From an uncultured delta proteobacterium (GTDB taxonomy: Bacteria > Desulfobacterota > Syntrophia > Syntrophales > UBA2185), in the NCBI GenBank assembly GCA_963729715.1, contig CAVSPA010000007.1, forward strand, positions 224,001 to 288,000: DNA of 64,000 nt, in the 5' to 3' direction. Shown here in pieces: positions 46,421-57,239 of this stretch (its first letter is position 1; the number at the start of each line of letters is the position of its first letter). Position numbers and translations under genes: made by a program. Below the pieces are notes generated by a model. The model was not told the DNA's origin. It made no database searches and saw nothing but the letters and a program-made list of their open reading frames with translations.

Positions 46421-48358
46421 ATGCAACAGTTTAAGCATCTATTCACCCCTATCGACATAGGCACGATGACAGTAAAAAACAGGATCGTCATGCTGCCGCT
46501 CACTACAGGCTACTGCGAGCTTGATGAGACAATAGGCGACCGTCTCATCAACTTCTTTGCGGCGCGGGCGAAGGGAGGTGTCGGGCTTATCATCGTTCCC
46601 TTTTCACCGGTTCATGCAGGATCGCCCTTAGAGCCCGGCTTATATGATGACCGTTTTCTTCCCGGCCTACGCAAACTCACGGACGCAGTACACGCGCACG
46701 GGGCGAAGATTGCCGCACAGCTCATCACCTCGTATCATGTAATGTTCAAGGGTAGGATAGCCGAAGTGGTGGGCCCGTCGTCTGTGTTAAACCAAATGAC
46801 GCGCACAACAGCAAGGCCCCTTACCGTCCCCGAGATCCACTATATTGTAAAGGAATACGGAAAGGCGGCCGGGAGGGCCCGTCAGGGTGGCTTTGACGCC
46901 GTTGAGGTGCTCGTAGGCGGCGGCTATCTCTTGAACCGCTTCCTCTCTCCCATCACCAATAAACGCGAGGACGAATACGGCGGCAGTCTGGACAACCGGA
47001 TGAGGATCATTCTCGAGGTCATCGCAAGCATGAGAAAGGAAGTGGGCAGGGACTTCCCCATCGGCTGCCGTCTCAACGTCGATGAACAGATGGAGGGAGG
47101 GCACACCATAGAGGATTCGAAGGAAGTGGCGCGCATCCTCGAAAAGGCCGGCATCCAGATGATTAACGTTTACACAGGCTGGCACGAATCACCCGTGCCC
47201 ACCGTCCAGGCAGTGCTCCCGAAAGGGGCCTTCCTGCATCTTGCAGAGAAGATCAAAGGCTGGGTCGGCATCCCCGTCATCGCAGCCAATCGTATAAATG
47301 ACCCCGTCGTTGCCGAGAAAGCGATTGCCGGGGGCCAGGCCGATTTGATCGGCATGGCCCGGGCGCTTCTCGCCGATCCCGAACTTCCCAACAAGGCGCG
47401 GGAAGGAAAAGCAGGGGAGATTGTTCCCTGTCTCGCATGCTCCAACTGCCTCACGGATATTCTGACAACATATAAAGACTGGGGAACGGCGGCATCGACC
47501 AGCTGCTCGGTCAATCCCCTCGCGGGAAAAGAGGCGGAGTATGCAATCGAACCCGCGAAAAAATCCAAGAAGGTATTCGTTATCGGCGGCGGCCCCGGCG
47601 GCATGGAAGCGGCGATGACGGCGGCATTAAGAGGCCACAAGGTCACGCTCTACGATAGAGGAAACGAACTGGGGGGGAAACTTCTCATCGCCTCCATACC
47701 GCCCTACAAAGGTGAACTTCAGGCCCTGGTCAAGAGCCTGGCATCTCGTGCGCGGAAGGCCGGTGTGGAAATAAAACTCAAAAGCGATGCAAGCCAAGCC
47801 ACAATAGAAAAAGAAAAACCCGACGTCTTGATAATGGCTACGGGGTCCTCTTCCCTCATTCCGAATATACCCGGCGTGGTTGGTCCAAATGTGGTGTTGG
47901 CGGAAGACGTATTGACCGGCGCTAAGACTGTAAGCGGTAATGTTCTCATTGTCGGAGGTGGTATGGTCGGCTGTGAGACAGCGGAATTTCTCCTCGAACG
48001 CACAAAAGATGTAACTCGGGTCACCGTTATAGAGATGTTGAGCCGTATGGCGGACAATGTATCTCCCACATACAGGCCTTTCTTTCTCGCGAGATTAAAA
48101 AAAGAGGGCATCAAGATGGAGACGAACACCATCGTGCAGGAGATAACAAAAGATGGTGTAAAGGTCGAACAGAAGGAAGTCGCCGGTTTCATCGAGGGAG
48201 ATGCCGTGGTGCTTGCCGTGGGCTTTAAGTCAAACCCCACCCTCGATGAAGAGAGCAAGGCAAAGGTTGCCGAGGTATATGCAATCGGAGATTGTGCCAA
48301 GCCCCGTATGATAAAAGAGGCTATTGAAGAAGGTTTTGCTATCGGCAGGAAAATTTAG
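46421..48358 (+). CDS. NADH:flavin oxidoreductase (OYE + 4Fe-4S + FAD; 2,4-dienoyl-CoA reductase/BaiH-like)
   Basis: KNRIVM, ARAKGG, NKREDEYGGSLDNR, ADPELPNK, CLACSNC...C, GGGPGG. Confidence 0.9.
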   Translation: MQQFKHLFTPIDIGTMTVKNRIVMLPLTTGYCELDETIGDRLINFFAARAKGGVGLIIVPFSPVHAGSPLEPGLYDDRFLPGLRKLTDAVHAHGAKIAAQLITSYHVMFKGRIAEVVGPSSVLNQMTRTTARPLTVPEIHYIVKEYGKAAGRARQGGFDAVEVLVGGGYLLNRFLSPITNKREDEYGGSLDNRMRIILEVIASMRKEVGRDFPIGCRLNVDEQMEGGHTIEDSKEVARILEKAGIQMINVYTGWHESPVPTVQAVLPKGAFLHLAEKIKGWVGIPVIAANRINDPVVAEKAIAGGQADLIGMARALLADPELPNKAREGKAGEIVPCLACSNCLTDILTTYKDWGTAASTSCSVNPLAGKEAEYAIEPAKKSKKVFVIGGGPGGMEAAMTAALRGHKVTLYDRGNELGGKLLIASIPPYKGELQALVKSLASRARKAGVEIKLKSDASQATIEKEKPDVLIMATGSSSLIPNIPGVVGPNVVLAEDVLTGAKTVSGNVLIVGGGMVGCETAEFLLERTKDVTRVTVIEMLSRMADNVSPTYRPFFLARLKKEGIKMETNTIVQEITKDGVKVEQKEVAGFIEGDAVVLAVGFKSNPTLDEESKAKVAEVYAIGDCAKPRMIKEAIEEGFAIGRKI

Positions 48359-48402
48359 GTGCAGTTTCTGGACCCTGATGTAAACACTCGGAAGGGCTTT
48401 TC

Positions 48403-49584
48403 ATGAAGACCGTTTATCTTGACCATTGCGCGACCACACCGCTTCATCCCGATGTCCTCAAGGTCATGTTGCCCTTCCTGCGGCATTCTTTCGGCAATCC
48501 CTCGAGCACTCATGCCGCAGGCAGGAAGGCCAGGGAGGCCGTAGAAAAAGCCAGGAGTAAAATAGCAGACCTCATTGGCGCCAAGGCAGCGGAGATCATA
48601 TTTACGAGCGGCGGGACAGAGGCAAACAATCTCGCTATCCAGGGCATCGCACGCGCCCGCAAAGATCGCGGTAATCATATCATCACCTCTGCAATCGAGC
48701 ACCACGCCGTTCTCAAGACCTGTCAGTATCTCGAGAGAAGCGGCTTCACCGTAACCTATCTCCCGGTCGATCGGTACGGCATTGTAAATCCGGAAGACCT
48801 CAGGAAAGCTTTGACGTATAAAACCATCCTAGTAAGCATCATGCACGCGAATAATGAAGCGGGAACGATCGAGCCTATCCCCGAGATAGGAAGGATCATC
48901 ACCGAAAGAGGCATTGCCTTTCACACGGATGCCGTGCAGTCAGCGGGAAAGGTGCGCTTGAACGTCAAAGAAATAGGCGTCGATCTCCTTTCCATTTCCG
49001 CGCACAAATTCCATGGCCCGAAAGGCATCGGGGTCTTGTATATCAGGGATGGGATCGGTATCGATCCTATTCTTCACGGCGGGGGACAGGAGAGGGACAT
49101 CAGGAGCGGCACGGAAAATGTTGCCTCCATCGCGGGATTGGGAAAGGCATGTGAACTCGCAAAAGAAACACTTGCGGTACGTATGGATGAAATCAGAAAA
49201 ATGCGCGATGCACTCCAGGAGCGTATTTCAGCCGCTGTCCCTAGTCTCGTGATAAACGGTCACCCTCTCTCAAGATTGCCCAACTGCCTCAGCGTATCCG
49301 TTCCCGGAATCATGGCTGAGACAATTGTACGCGACCTTGATGCGAGAGGCATCGCCGTATCAGCCGGCTCCGCCTGCACGTCTCACTCAGTTGAAATCTC
49401 GCACGTCCTTGCGGCCATGGGACTGCCCAAGGAGACGGCGCAGGGAACGGTGAGACTGAGCCTCGGAATAATGAATACACCAGATGAAATAGAATGCGCC
49501 GCTGCCTCTTTCATAGAAGTTGTTGAGAAACTCAAGGCCCTTTCCGAAATCGAAGGCTCCCTCGGTTCAAGACGCTGCTACTGA
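48403..49584 (+). CDS. cysteine desulfurase (NifS/IscS group I)
   Basis: YLDHCATTP, TSGGTE, HTDAVQ, SAHKFHGPKG, SAGSACTS. Confidence 0.93.
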   Translation: MKTVYLDHCATTPLHPDVLKVMLPFLRHSFGNPSSTHAAGRKAREAVEKARSKIADLIGAKAAEIIFTSGGTEANNLAIQGIARARKDRGNHIITSAIEHHAVLKTCQYLERSGFTVTYLPVDRYGIVNPEDLRKALTYKTILVSIMHANNEAGTIEPIPEIGRIITERGIAFHTDAVQSAGKVRLNVKEIGVDLLSISAHKFHGPKGIGVLYIRDGIGIDPILHGGGQERDIRSGTENVASIAGLGKACELAKETLAVRMDEIRKMRDALQERISAAVPSLVINGHPLSRLPNCLSVSVPGIMAETIVRDLDARGIAVSAGSACTSHSVEISHVLAAMGLPKETAQGTVRLSLGIMNTPDEIECAAASFIEVVEKLKALSEIEGSLGSRRCY

Positions 49585-49835
49585 TTCAGATCGATTAAGC
49601 CGCGACCGCGGTCACGACATCCTTTACTTCCTGTAAGAAATGATCTACACATTAGTATGATTGATGCAGATTTGTTATCGGAATGAATACGCAGGATTTA
49701 ATTAATCTGGAAAGTGCCCCTGATTTCCCCCCCCGATTGTTCCAGTAACGTTTGGTGTATCACAGAGCGCGCCATACCCCGTCCGGAGATCCGTTGGCGC
49801 CGTAGCGGCAACAGCCGTGCGAAAGGAAATTAACT

Positions 49836-50033
49836 GTGAATGGAAATAACCGATCAAACATTAAACCTGGGATGCGTGTGAAGGTCATCCAGAAGCAGGA
49901 TCAGTTCAGTTGCAAACTGTCTGAAGGCATCGTCAAGGATATTCTCACAAAATCAGTCAGTCACCCTCATGGCATCAAGGTGCGCCTGCATAGCGGCATA
50001 ATAGGCCGGGTCAAAGAGATTTTGGATGCTTGA
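49836..50033 (+). CDS. YwbE-family protein (DUF2196)
   Basis: GIVKDILTKS..HPHGIKVRL..G.IGRV. Confidence 0.85.
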   Translation: MNGNNRSNIKPGMRVKVIQKQDQFSCKLSEGIVKDILTKSVSHPHGIKVRLHSGIIGRVKEILDA

Positions 50034-50067
50034 GCTGATCCATTTTTTTTACTGAAAAAGGTTATGA

Positions 50068-50529
50068 ATGCAGATATATGTCGATGCGGACGGATTTCCG
50101 AATGCGGCCAAAGATCTACTGATCAGGACCGCTATGCGCTTGCATGTGCCCGTGGTTTTTGTGGCCAACAAAAGGGTAAGTTATGAGCCCTCAGTTATCA
50201 TTTCAAGCATTATAGTCCCTGACGGACCTGACCTTGCGGATGATCGGATCGTTGAACTGGCACAGAAGGGCAACCTGGTGATTACTGCCGACATCCCGCT
50301 CGCAGACCGGGTGGTTGCCAAGGGTGCCTTTGCGCTCAGCCCTCGAGGTAATCTCTATATGGAGGGCAACATCAAGGATAAACTGGCTATACGTGACCTG
50401 ATGACTGGGCTAAGAGACAGCGGCATGATGACGGGAGGTCCATCGGTATTTGGTAGGAAAGAATGCCAGGCTTTTATTAACCAGCTCAATAGCTTTTTGA
50501 CCAAACATTTAAAAAACAATAACTCTTAA
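50068..50529 (+). CDS. YaiI/YqxD (DUF188) family protein
   Basis: IYVDADG.P, DLADDRI, VITADIPLA. Confidence 0.88.
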   Translation: MQIYVDADGFPNAAKDLLIRTAMRLHVPVVFVANKRVSYEPSVIISSIIVPDGPDLADDRIVELAQKGNLVITADIPLADRVVAKGAFALSPRGNLYMEGNIKDKLAIRDLMTGLRDSGMMTGGPSVFGRKECQAFINQLNSFLTKHLKNNNS

Positions 50530-50868
50530 AAGCAGCGGCCAAGAGTGTCATAGGTCAAATCAATATATCAGGAAGGGCAATAGTAATTTCTTTTCGTGGT
50601 ATTAATAGGCTGGCTGATAAAAACATTTATAGCGTGCTTCCTGTTATTCTCAAGTTTTCATTATTGCTTTATATGCAAGATTTCAACTGGTAAAAATCAA
50701 AAAAACACAGAGCTTAATCTTTTAAATGTGATATAAAAATAGTGCTACATCTCAATGGTGTCGCAGCAGAAAATAAATGCCTGTGATATCGTTAGCACGA
50801 ATGCCTCAGACAGAGAGGCAGCGTTGTGTAATGAGCTCAAGAATAATTGCAAAGAAAGGGGATATGCC

Positions 50869-51996
50869 ATGGCACGAGATATTTACAAGAAACTGGCTGA
50901 CCATCTCGACAACCTGCCGGGAGGCTTTCCGCACACCCCAAGCGGCGTGGAGATTCGTATTTTGCGACGGATTTTTACCCCTGAGGAAGCCAAACTCGCG
51001 GTCCACTTGGCCCTCATTTCCGAGGAGCCGCGGGTCATAGCGAGGCGCGCCAAGCTCCCCATCCAGGAGGTTGCCCAAAGTCTAAAAGAGATGGATAAGA
51101 AGGGCCTGGTTATGGGGATTAGGCGAAAAGGCGAGCCGCTCCAGTACATGGCCCAACAATTTATCGTGGGTATCTGGGAGGCGCAGGTGAATAAACTGAG
51201 CCGGGAGCTTGTCGAGGAGTTCGAGGAATACCTGCCCTCATTGTTTGACCCCGGCATCTGGCGCAAAGTGCCGCAGATGCGTACGATCCCCGTAAGGAAG
51301 AGTATCGAGATTCAGCCCGAGGTGATGCCCTATGAGCGGGCAGAGGAGATTGTGCGCAATCACACGACCTTCGCCGTTTCGAATTGCATCTGCCGGCAAG
51401 AGTTTCGCATTTTGGGAAAAGGCTGCGACAAGCCTGAGGAGAGTTGTCTGCAGTTTGGATTAGCGGCCGAGGGCGTCGTGCACATGGGACGTGGCCGGGC
51501 CATCACCCGGGAAGAAGCCCTCGCGATTCTTAGGCGGGCCGAGGAGACGGGACTGGTGCTGCAACCGGCAAACGCCAAGAACCCCCTTTTCATCTGCACC
51601 TGCTGCGGGTGCTGCTGCGGTGTGCTGAGACTTCTCAAACGTGATCCCAAGCCGGCCAGTTTGGTGGCGAGTCCATTTGTGGTGAGCCTCAATACTAACA
51701 CATGCAAGGGCTGCGGCATCTGCACCAAGCGCTGTCAGATGGAAGCCATTCATGTGGACAACAAGAAAGCGATCCTGAATCCGGACCGGTGCATCGGATG
51801 TGGACTGTGTGTCGACACCTGTCGCACAAAATCCCTCACCCTGCTTCGCAAACCGGAAGCCCAACAATCCTACGTGCCTAAGAACATCATTGAGACAAGT
51901 ATCAAGTTGGGAAAAGCTCGCGGCAAGCTGGGCATTGGTAAATTGGTTAGTATGCAGGTCAGGTCAAAGCTAGACAGGCTATTGGCTGAGCGATAA
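50869..51996 (+). CDS. Cys-rich 4Fe-4S protein with N-terminal wHTH, paralog 1
   Basis: FTPEEA, CICR, ICTCCGCCC, CKGCGIC and CIGCGLC ferredoxin motifs. Confidence 0.85.
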   Translation: MARDIYKKLADHLDNLPGGFPHTPSGVEIRILRRIFTPEEAKLAVHLALISEEPRVIARRAKLPIQEVAQSLKEMDKKGLVMGIRRKGEPLQYMAQQFIVGIWEAQVNKLSRELVEEFEEYLPSLFDPGIWRKVPQMRTIPVRKSIEIQPEVMPYERAEEIVRNHTTFAVSNCICRQEFRILGKGCDKPEESCLQFGLAAEGVVHMGRGRAITREEALAILRRAEETGLVLQPANAKNPLFICTCCGCCCGVLRLLKRDPKPASLVASPFVVSLNTNTCKGCGICTKRCQMEAIHVDNKKAILNPDRCIGCGLCVDTCRTKSLTLLRKPEAQQSYVPKNIIETSIKLGKARGKLGIGKLVSMQVRSKLDRLLAER

Positions 51997-52069
51997 TGCA
52001 AGCCTGCGATAATTACGCATATGCAAATCATTTTCGTAAAAAATTCCCGTGGAAAGGGGTGACGAAAAT

Positions 52070-52417
52070 ATGATTAGACGGAGTAGTGAGATGCGCGAAG
52101 AGAGTATTCATGAATTGAAGGGAGGAAAGGGAACATTAAAGTTATTCCATATCCTCGAAAAAGATGAATTGAAGGGAAAGGGACGGCTCTGTACAAGAGA
52201 GATTATACCGCCGGGAAATTCCGTTGGCTTTCACAAACACGAGGGAGATTTTGAGTTATACTATGTCCTCGAAGGAGAAGGTCTTGTAAATGACAATGGT
52301 CTTGAAACCACGATAAGAAAAGGGGACGCGGTTCGTACCGGTCATGGCGAGTCTCATGCCATTAAAAATGTCGGAGATAGAGACCTTGAGCTCATTACTG
52401 TTATATTATTTGAATAG
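52070..52417 (+). CDS. cupin domain protein
   Basis: GFHKHEGDFELYYVLEGEG, GESHAIKN. Confidence 0.88.
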   Translation: MIRRSSEMREESIHELKGGKGTLKLFHILEKDELKGKGRLCTREIIPPGNSVGFHKHEGDFELYYVLEGEGLVNDNGLETTIRKGDAVRTGHGESHAIKNVGDRDLELITVILFE

Positions 52418-52443
52418 CAGCCGAAAAGGAAATACAAGAGAGG

Positions 52444-53532
52444 ATGCTCATGGATACATACGAACAATTAAGGGAGATTCTGGATTCGCATCCCGCGACG
52501 GCGCCCAAGACGAAGTCCATTGACGAAATACTTCGCATGCTCTTTACTCCTGAGGAGGCACAGGTCGCTGTAAACATGAGCTTCAAGCCCAATAAGGCGG
52601 CAAGCATCGCCAAAACAGTGGGCATCTCGGAGGATGAAGCGAAAAAGAGGCTGGAGTCCATGGTCGGCAAGGGGATCATCTTTTCCAAGTCTAAAGAGGG
52701 TGAACAACTGTACGGGTTGGTCGGGCTCATTCCGGGGGTCTTTGAGTACCCTTTCATGAAAGGGGGCGGGACATCCATGCACAAGCGGCTGGCCCGACTA
52801 TGGGAGGAGTACCATCAAGAAGCCCTCGGCGCCTCTTTTGCCGGCAATCCCACACCTCTCATGCGGGTTGTTGCCGTGGAAAAATCCATCATGCACCAAG
52901 ACCGCGTTCACCCCTACGAAGAGGTCAAGCATCTGATCAACAACTCAAACTATATTGCGCTCACGCAATGTGCCTGCAGGGTCAGCGTGGCAAAATGCGA
53001 CAAACCGAAAGAGGTTTGCCTTGCCTTCGAGGGCGTGGGTGAATTTCTCGTAGAGCGGGGTTTTGCCCGCCGGATCAGCAAGGAGGAAGGGGTGAAGGTC
53101 CTGGATCAGGCGGAGGCTGCGGGTCTGGTTCACACGAGCAACAACAGCGCAGACCAGGCCCACGTGATCTGCAACTGCTGCCCATGCTGCTGCACCATTC
53201 TGCGCGGGAAAACCCAATTGCATCATCCCCATGCCTTTGAGCCCAGCCGATTTGTGTCCCACGTCAATAGCGATGAATGCACGGGATGCGGCATATGTGC
53301 CGATGAGCGCTGCCCGATGAAGGCAATTGAGATAAAAAATGATACCGCCAGCGTCGATGCTGCGAATTGCATCGGCTGCGGGCTCTGCGTGACGGGCTGC
53401 CCGGCTGGGGCTGTTGAACTTTTGCAAAGGGAACAGATTCCCCTTGTTCCGGCTACGGCCCAGGAAATGATCGTCAAGACCCTGCAGGAAAAGGGGCGGT
53501 TAGATAAATTCATGAAGATCATGCAGCGTTGA
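52444..53532 (+). CDS. Cys-rich 4Fe-4S protein with N-terminal wHTH, paralog 2
   Basis: FTPEEA, CACR, ICNCCPCCC, CTGCGIC and CIGCGLC. Confidence 0.85.
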   Translation: MLMDTYEQLREILDSHPATAPKTKSIDEILRMLFTPEEAQVAVNMSFKPNKAASIAKTVGISEDEAKKRLESMVGKGIIFSKSKEGEQLYGLVGLIPGVFEYPFMKGGGTSMHKRLARLWEEYHQEALGASFAGNPTPLMRVVAVEKSIMHQDRVHPYEEVKHLINNSNYIALTQCACRVSVAKCDKPKEVCLAFEGVGEFLVERGFARRISKEEGVKVLDQAEAAGLVHTSNNSADQAHVICNCCPCCCTILRGKTQLHHPHAFEPSRFVSHVNSDECTGCGICADERCPMKAIEIKNDTASVDAANCIGCGLCVTGCPAGAVELLQREQIPLVPATAQEMIVKTLQEKGRLDKFMKIMQR

Positions 53533-53639
53533 GATGCATGATTAAAGGTGGAATTAATGATAGCGGCCATAACATTTGTGGGGTCGCCTTACCAATTTTT
53601 GATGCGATCAATTTGTCATCGAGCTATTGTTCAATCTGA

Positions 53640-53790
53640 GTAAAGAACCCCGTGCTTCCGCACGGGGCATTAAAACTCAAAATCTAACTGCTTGGGAGCT
53701 TTTCTTCATGCTTATGATACTCAATTCCTAAAGAACGGAAACCCTTTCCTCCCCGTGCTTCCGCACGGGGTATCCAGGGTTTGATTTTCA
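53640..53790 (+). mobile_element. miniature IS200/IS605-type non-autonomous element (PATE-like)
   Basis: Identical hairpin CCCCGTGCTTCCGCACGGGG at 53648 and 53751; the second is in a TTCCTCCCC...GGGGTATCC context; no ORF. Confidence 0.65.
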
Positions 53791-54021
53791 TGAATTTACA
53801 ATCAGTCCGGTCTGAGGTAAGTTTTATAGGCTGTACCGAAGCGCTGATTCTATTCGATGCTTCATAATTCTTTCCCCCTAAAGCTAAGAGTGAAAATGTT
53901 TTTTAAAGCGCTTCCTTTTCAGATCTTACCTTTTATTCTCAGTATTAATAACACGGCATTTGATGATCGGTTTTCGTCCTTTTGGTCGAAACGTCTTTAA
54001 TTGAAAAAGGAGGTAGGCGAT

Positions 54022-54978
54022 ATGTTGAAAGTAAGGAACGTCGGTGTCGTTGGCACGGGATTGATCGGTGCGAGTTGGGCTGCTTACTATGCAAGCAAGG
54101 ATTTCAAGGTGAAGATGTTTGATAAGATCGGCGCGGCGCAGGAGAGCGGCCTGCAGAGGGCAATCGCCTATCTCGACGGGCTTGTCCAATATGGTCTTAT
54201 CGAAAGGTCGCGGGCCCAAAAAATGAAAGGGAATATCAGTTCCGCCGGTTCCCTGGAGCAGGCTGTTTCCGATGCGGATTATGTTCAGGAATCCGCGTCA
54301 GAAAATTTCGAAATCAAGATACCGCTATTTTCCGAGATGGATGCCATTGCGAAACCGGACGCGGTCCTGGCCAGCAGTTCCTCGTCTCTTCCCATGACGC
54401 GGGTGCAGAAATCCGTGAAGAGGCCCGGGCGCTGTGTCGTTGCTCATCCCTTCAATCCGCCGCACCTGGTACCGCTGGTGGAAATTGTGCCCGGAAATCA
54501 GACAACCCCTCAGACCGTTGAAGACGTGAGGACTTTTTTTAACGGTCTCGGAAAAATGCCTGTCGTTCTGAAGAAGGAAACAACGGGGTTCATCGCCAAT
54601 CGCCTCGCTGCCGCCCTGTGGAGAGAGGCTGTAGATCTTGTGCTGAACGGCGTCGCCAGTGTCCAGGACGTCGACCGGGCTCTTTTCGCCGGTCCGGGCA
54701 TACGCTGGGCATTCATGGGCCAACACCTCATTTATCATTTAGGCGGCGGCGAGGGAGGCTACGACTATTTCATCAAGCATATCGGAAAGGCGTTCGGAGA
54801 CATATGGAAAGATATGGCGACCTGGAATGAGATTTCCGATGATTCCAAGAGTAAACTTGTACAGGGTATGGATGAAGTAATGTCCGGTAAGAAGCTCAAC
54901 GACGTCGCCCAGTGGCGCGACAAGAAGATCGTCGCCTTGCTCAAGACGATATACGGCGAAGAGCCGCCGATCGAATAG
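54022..54978 (+). CDS. 3-hydroxyacyl dehydrogenase family protein (L-carnitine DH / lambda-crystallin-like)
   Basis: GTGLIGASWA, ASSSSSL, HPFNPPHLVPLVE, GFIANRL, GPGIRWAFMG. Confidence 0.85.
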   Translation: MLKVRNVGVVGTGLIGASWAAYYASKDFKVKMFDKIGAAQESGLQRAIAYLDGLVQYGLIERSRAQKMKGNISSAGSLEQAVSDADYVQESASENFEIKIPLFSEMDAIAKPDAVLASSSSSLPMTRVQKSVKRPGRCVVAHPFNPPHLVPLVEIVPGNQTTPQTVEDVRTFFNGLGKMPVVLKKETTGFIANRLAAALWREAVDLVLNGVASVQDVDRALFAGPGIRWAFMGQHLIYHLGGGEGGYDYFIKHIGKAFGDIWKDMATWNEISDDSKSKLVQGMDEVMSGKKLNDVAQWRDKKIVALLKTIYGEEPPIE

Positions 54979-55085
54979 CCTTGACATAATCCTGCGGCAA
55001 GCCACAATCTCAAAAAGTTGTTGTGTAACAAACATCGGTAAGGTAAAGTAACAGATAGAAGATAAATAAAAAAGGAGGTCATTTT

Positions 55086-55535
55086 ATGTTTGCACCAAAA
55101 AACATTCTCGTTCCGACAGATTTTTCCAAGTATTCAGATGCAGCCTTGAAGAAGGCCATTGACATGGCAAGCCGACATGAAGCCAAAATCTACCTCTTGC
55201 ATGTTATAGATAAGGGGATTCAGGATTGCGCAATTGACTATTGTCTCGACTATAAGCTCATCGAGGCGCTAAAAAGGGACAGTCTCAGAGAAGCCAAGGC
55301 CAAGCTAAAGAAGGAAGCTGATGAAATTGCCAAGAAGAAGAAAATCAAAATTTCTTTTGATATTAAGAGAGGCTTCCCTGCTGAAGTTATACTGAGTGAG
55401 CAGAAGGCGAAGAAGATTGACTTAGTCGTGATATCATCGCATGGAAAAACAGGCATTCTAAAGCAAATGATGGGCAGTGTAGCAGACAAGGTGGTCAAAG
55501 GCGCTTCATGCCCTGTCATGGTAGTTAAACCTTGA
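55086..55535 (+). CDS. universal stress protein
   Basis: ILVPTDFS, SHGKTG...MGSVADKVV...CPVMVV. Confidence 0.92.
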   Translation: MFAPKNILVPTDFSKYSDAALKKAIDMASRHEAKIYLLHVIDKGIQDCAIDYCLDYKLIEALKRDSLREAKAKLKKEADEIAKKKKIKISFDIKRGFPAEVILSEQKAKKIDLVVISSHGKTGILKQMMGSVADKVVKGASCPVMVVKP

Positions 55536-55758
55536 GATATCAGGTTGAAAATATTTAATTACTGAACATTTTATTACAGAGCTAACACTATCTTCTTTTT
55601 GCAGGTCACCACCGAGCCGTCTGTTTCACCAGGCGGCTCTTCCATTTCAGGAACCTTGTCCGGTTCGCGCCCATCGATTGTCAACCATATTCTTCTTGAC
55701 AAGCTAGTGTGAGTTATCTATGTACGCACGCGACTATCATTACCCAGGAGGACTTCAG

Positions 55759-56988
55759 ATGAGCGACAACAAACTGTTTGGAATGGCGGAGGAGTCGGGA
55801 CGATGGCTTTTTGTGGTCTTTGGATTCATCATCAATCTCTGTTTAGGCAGTGTTTATGCGTACAGCGTATTCGCCAAGCCCGTGAGGGGGTTGATGAACG
55901 TCACCGCAACGGAAGCGGGTCTTCCCTTCATGATCTTCCTGGCCTGTTTTGCTGTTCTGGTGTTCATCGGTGGCCAGTTGATAGCAAGATTGGGGCCGAG
56001 GAATCTCGGCATCCTGGGTGGCGTTATCCTCGGGATCGGTTGGATGTTGGCGAGTCAGTCGTCAAATATTTTCATGCTGTCAATCAGCTACGGCGTCATC
56101 GGCGGCGGCGGTGTGGGTTTAGCCTACGGAGTACCCCTGGCCGTCGTCGGCAGATGGTTCCCGGATAGGAGAGGCCTTGCCCTCGGACTAACGCTGGCCG
56201 GTTTCGGCGGGTCACCCTTCATCTCCGCAAACGTCGCAGCTGCCCTTATCAAATCTGTCGGCCCCATGCAGACGTTCCTGTATTTAGGCGCTGTCTTCCT
56301 CGTTTTAGTCTGCATCCTCTTCATTCCCTTCCGTTATCCCCAGGAGGGATGGAAGCCTGCAGGATGGACTCCGCCGGCTGCCGCCCATCTTGGAGGAGCG
56401 GATTTAAATATGAAACAGATGGCCGGTACATCCACATTCTACGGCCTATTTCTCTGCTACACCATCGGCTGTCTTGCCGGTCTTATGGCCATCGGCATCT
56501 CCAGCCCTGTTGCCCAGGAAATCATTAAGATCGACGCCGCAACGGCTGCTACCCTCGTCGGCGTGTTTGCCATCTTCAATGGCGCCGGACGGCCCCTCTT
56601 CGGAGTTCTTACTGACAAATTAACTCCCCGGATTGCAGCTATCATCTCTTACGTCATCATCCTTGTTTGTTCACTGGGTATGTTGATGGCGAACGAGGGA
56701 AGTATTGTCCTTTATGTCGTCTGCTTCATAGGTTTCTGGCTTTGCTTAGGTGGATGGCTGGCCATCGCGCCGACAGCAACGACCTCATTTTTCGGCGTGA
56801 GGAACTACGCGAAGAACTACGGCCTTGTCTATTTTGCCTACGGTGTGGGCGCTATTCTCGGCGGCATCATCTCCGGTCAGGCGAAGGATGCCTTTGGCTC
56901 TTACGCCGTTGCATTCTATCCTACGGCAGCTCTTGCCGTCGTGGGTATGATCATCGCCTTTCTGCTTTTGAAGCCACCCAAAAAATAG
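55759..56988 (+). CDS. MFS transporter, oxalate:formate antiporter (OFA) family
   Basis: LGSVYAYSVF, RWFPDRRGLA, FNGAGR, FFG..NY.KNYG. Confidence 0.88.
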   Translation: MSDNKLFGMAEESGRWLFVVFGFIINLCLGSVYAYSVFAKPVRGLMNVTATEAGLPFMIFLACFAVLVFIGGQLIARLGPRNLGILGGVILGIGWMLASQSSNIFMLSISYGVIGGGGVGLAYGVPLAVVGRWFPDRRGLALGLTLAGFGGSPFISANVAAALIKSVGPMQTFLYLGAVFLVLVCILFIPFRYPQEGWKPAGWTPPAAAHLGGADLNMKQMAGTSTFYGLFLCYTIGCLAGLMAIGISSPVAQEIIKIDAATAATLVGVFAIFNGAGRPLFGVLTDKLTPRIAAIISYVIILVCSLGMLMANEGSIVLYVVCFIGFWLCLGGWLAIAPTATTSFFGVRNYAKNYGLVYFAYGVGAILGGIISGQAKDAFGSYAVAFYPTAALAVVGMIIAFLLLKPPKK

Positions 56989-57239
56989 GTCTCAATCAGT
57001 CTTGCACTGGATAACGTAGGACTCACAGAAAGCGAAACATTAAAAGCCATGGCTGAAACAGCGATGGACTTTTTCATCAGCCTGCGGGCATGAGAATTAA
57101 TTGCCGGGGATGTCGCCCAATTAAAATATTCTTGACGCCTTCTCAGGCTTTTTGAAGCGGCAAATCAGGTTATTCCTGATTGTGATTCGCTGCTCGACCC
57201 TGTACCTTGAATCCAGATGTCGCTGTGAAAGTTAAAACC

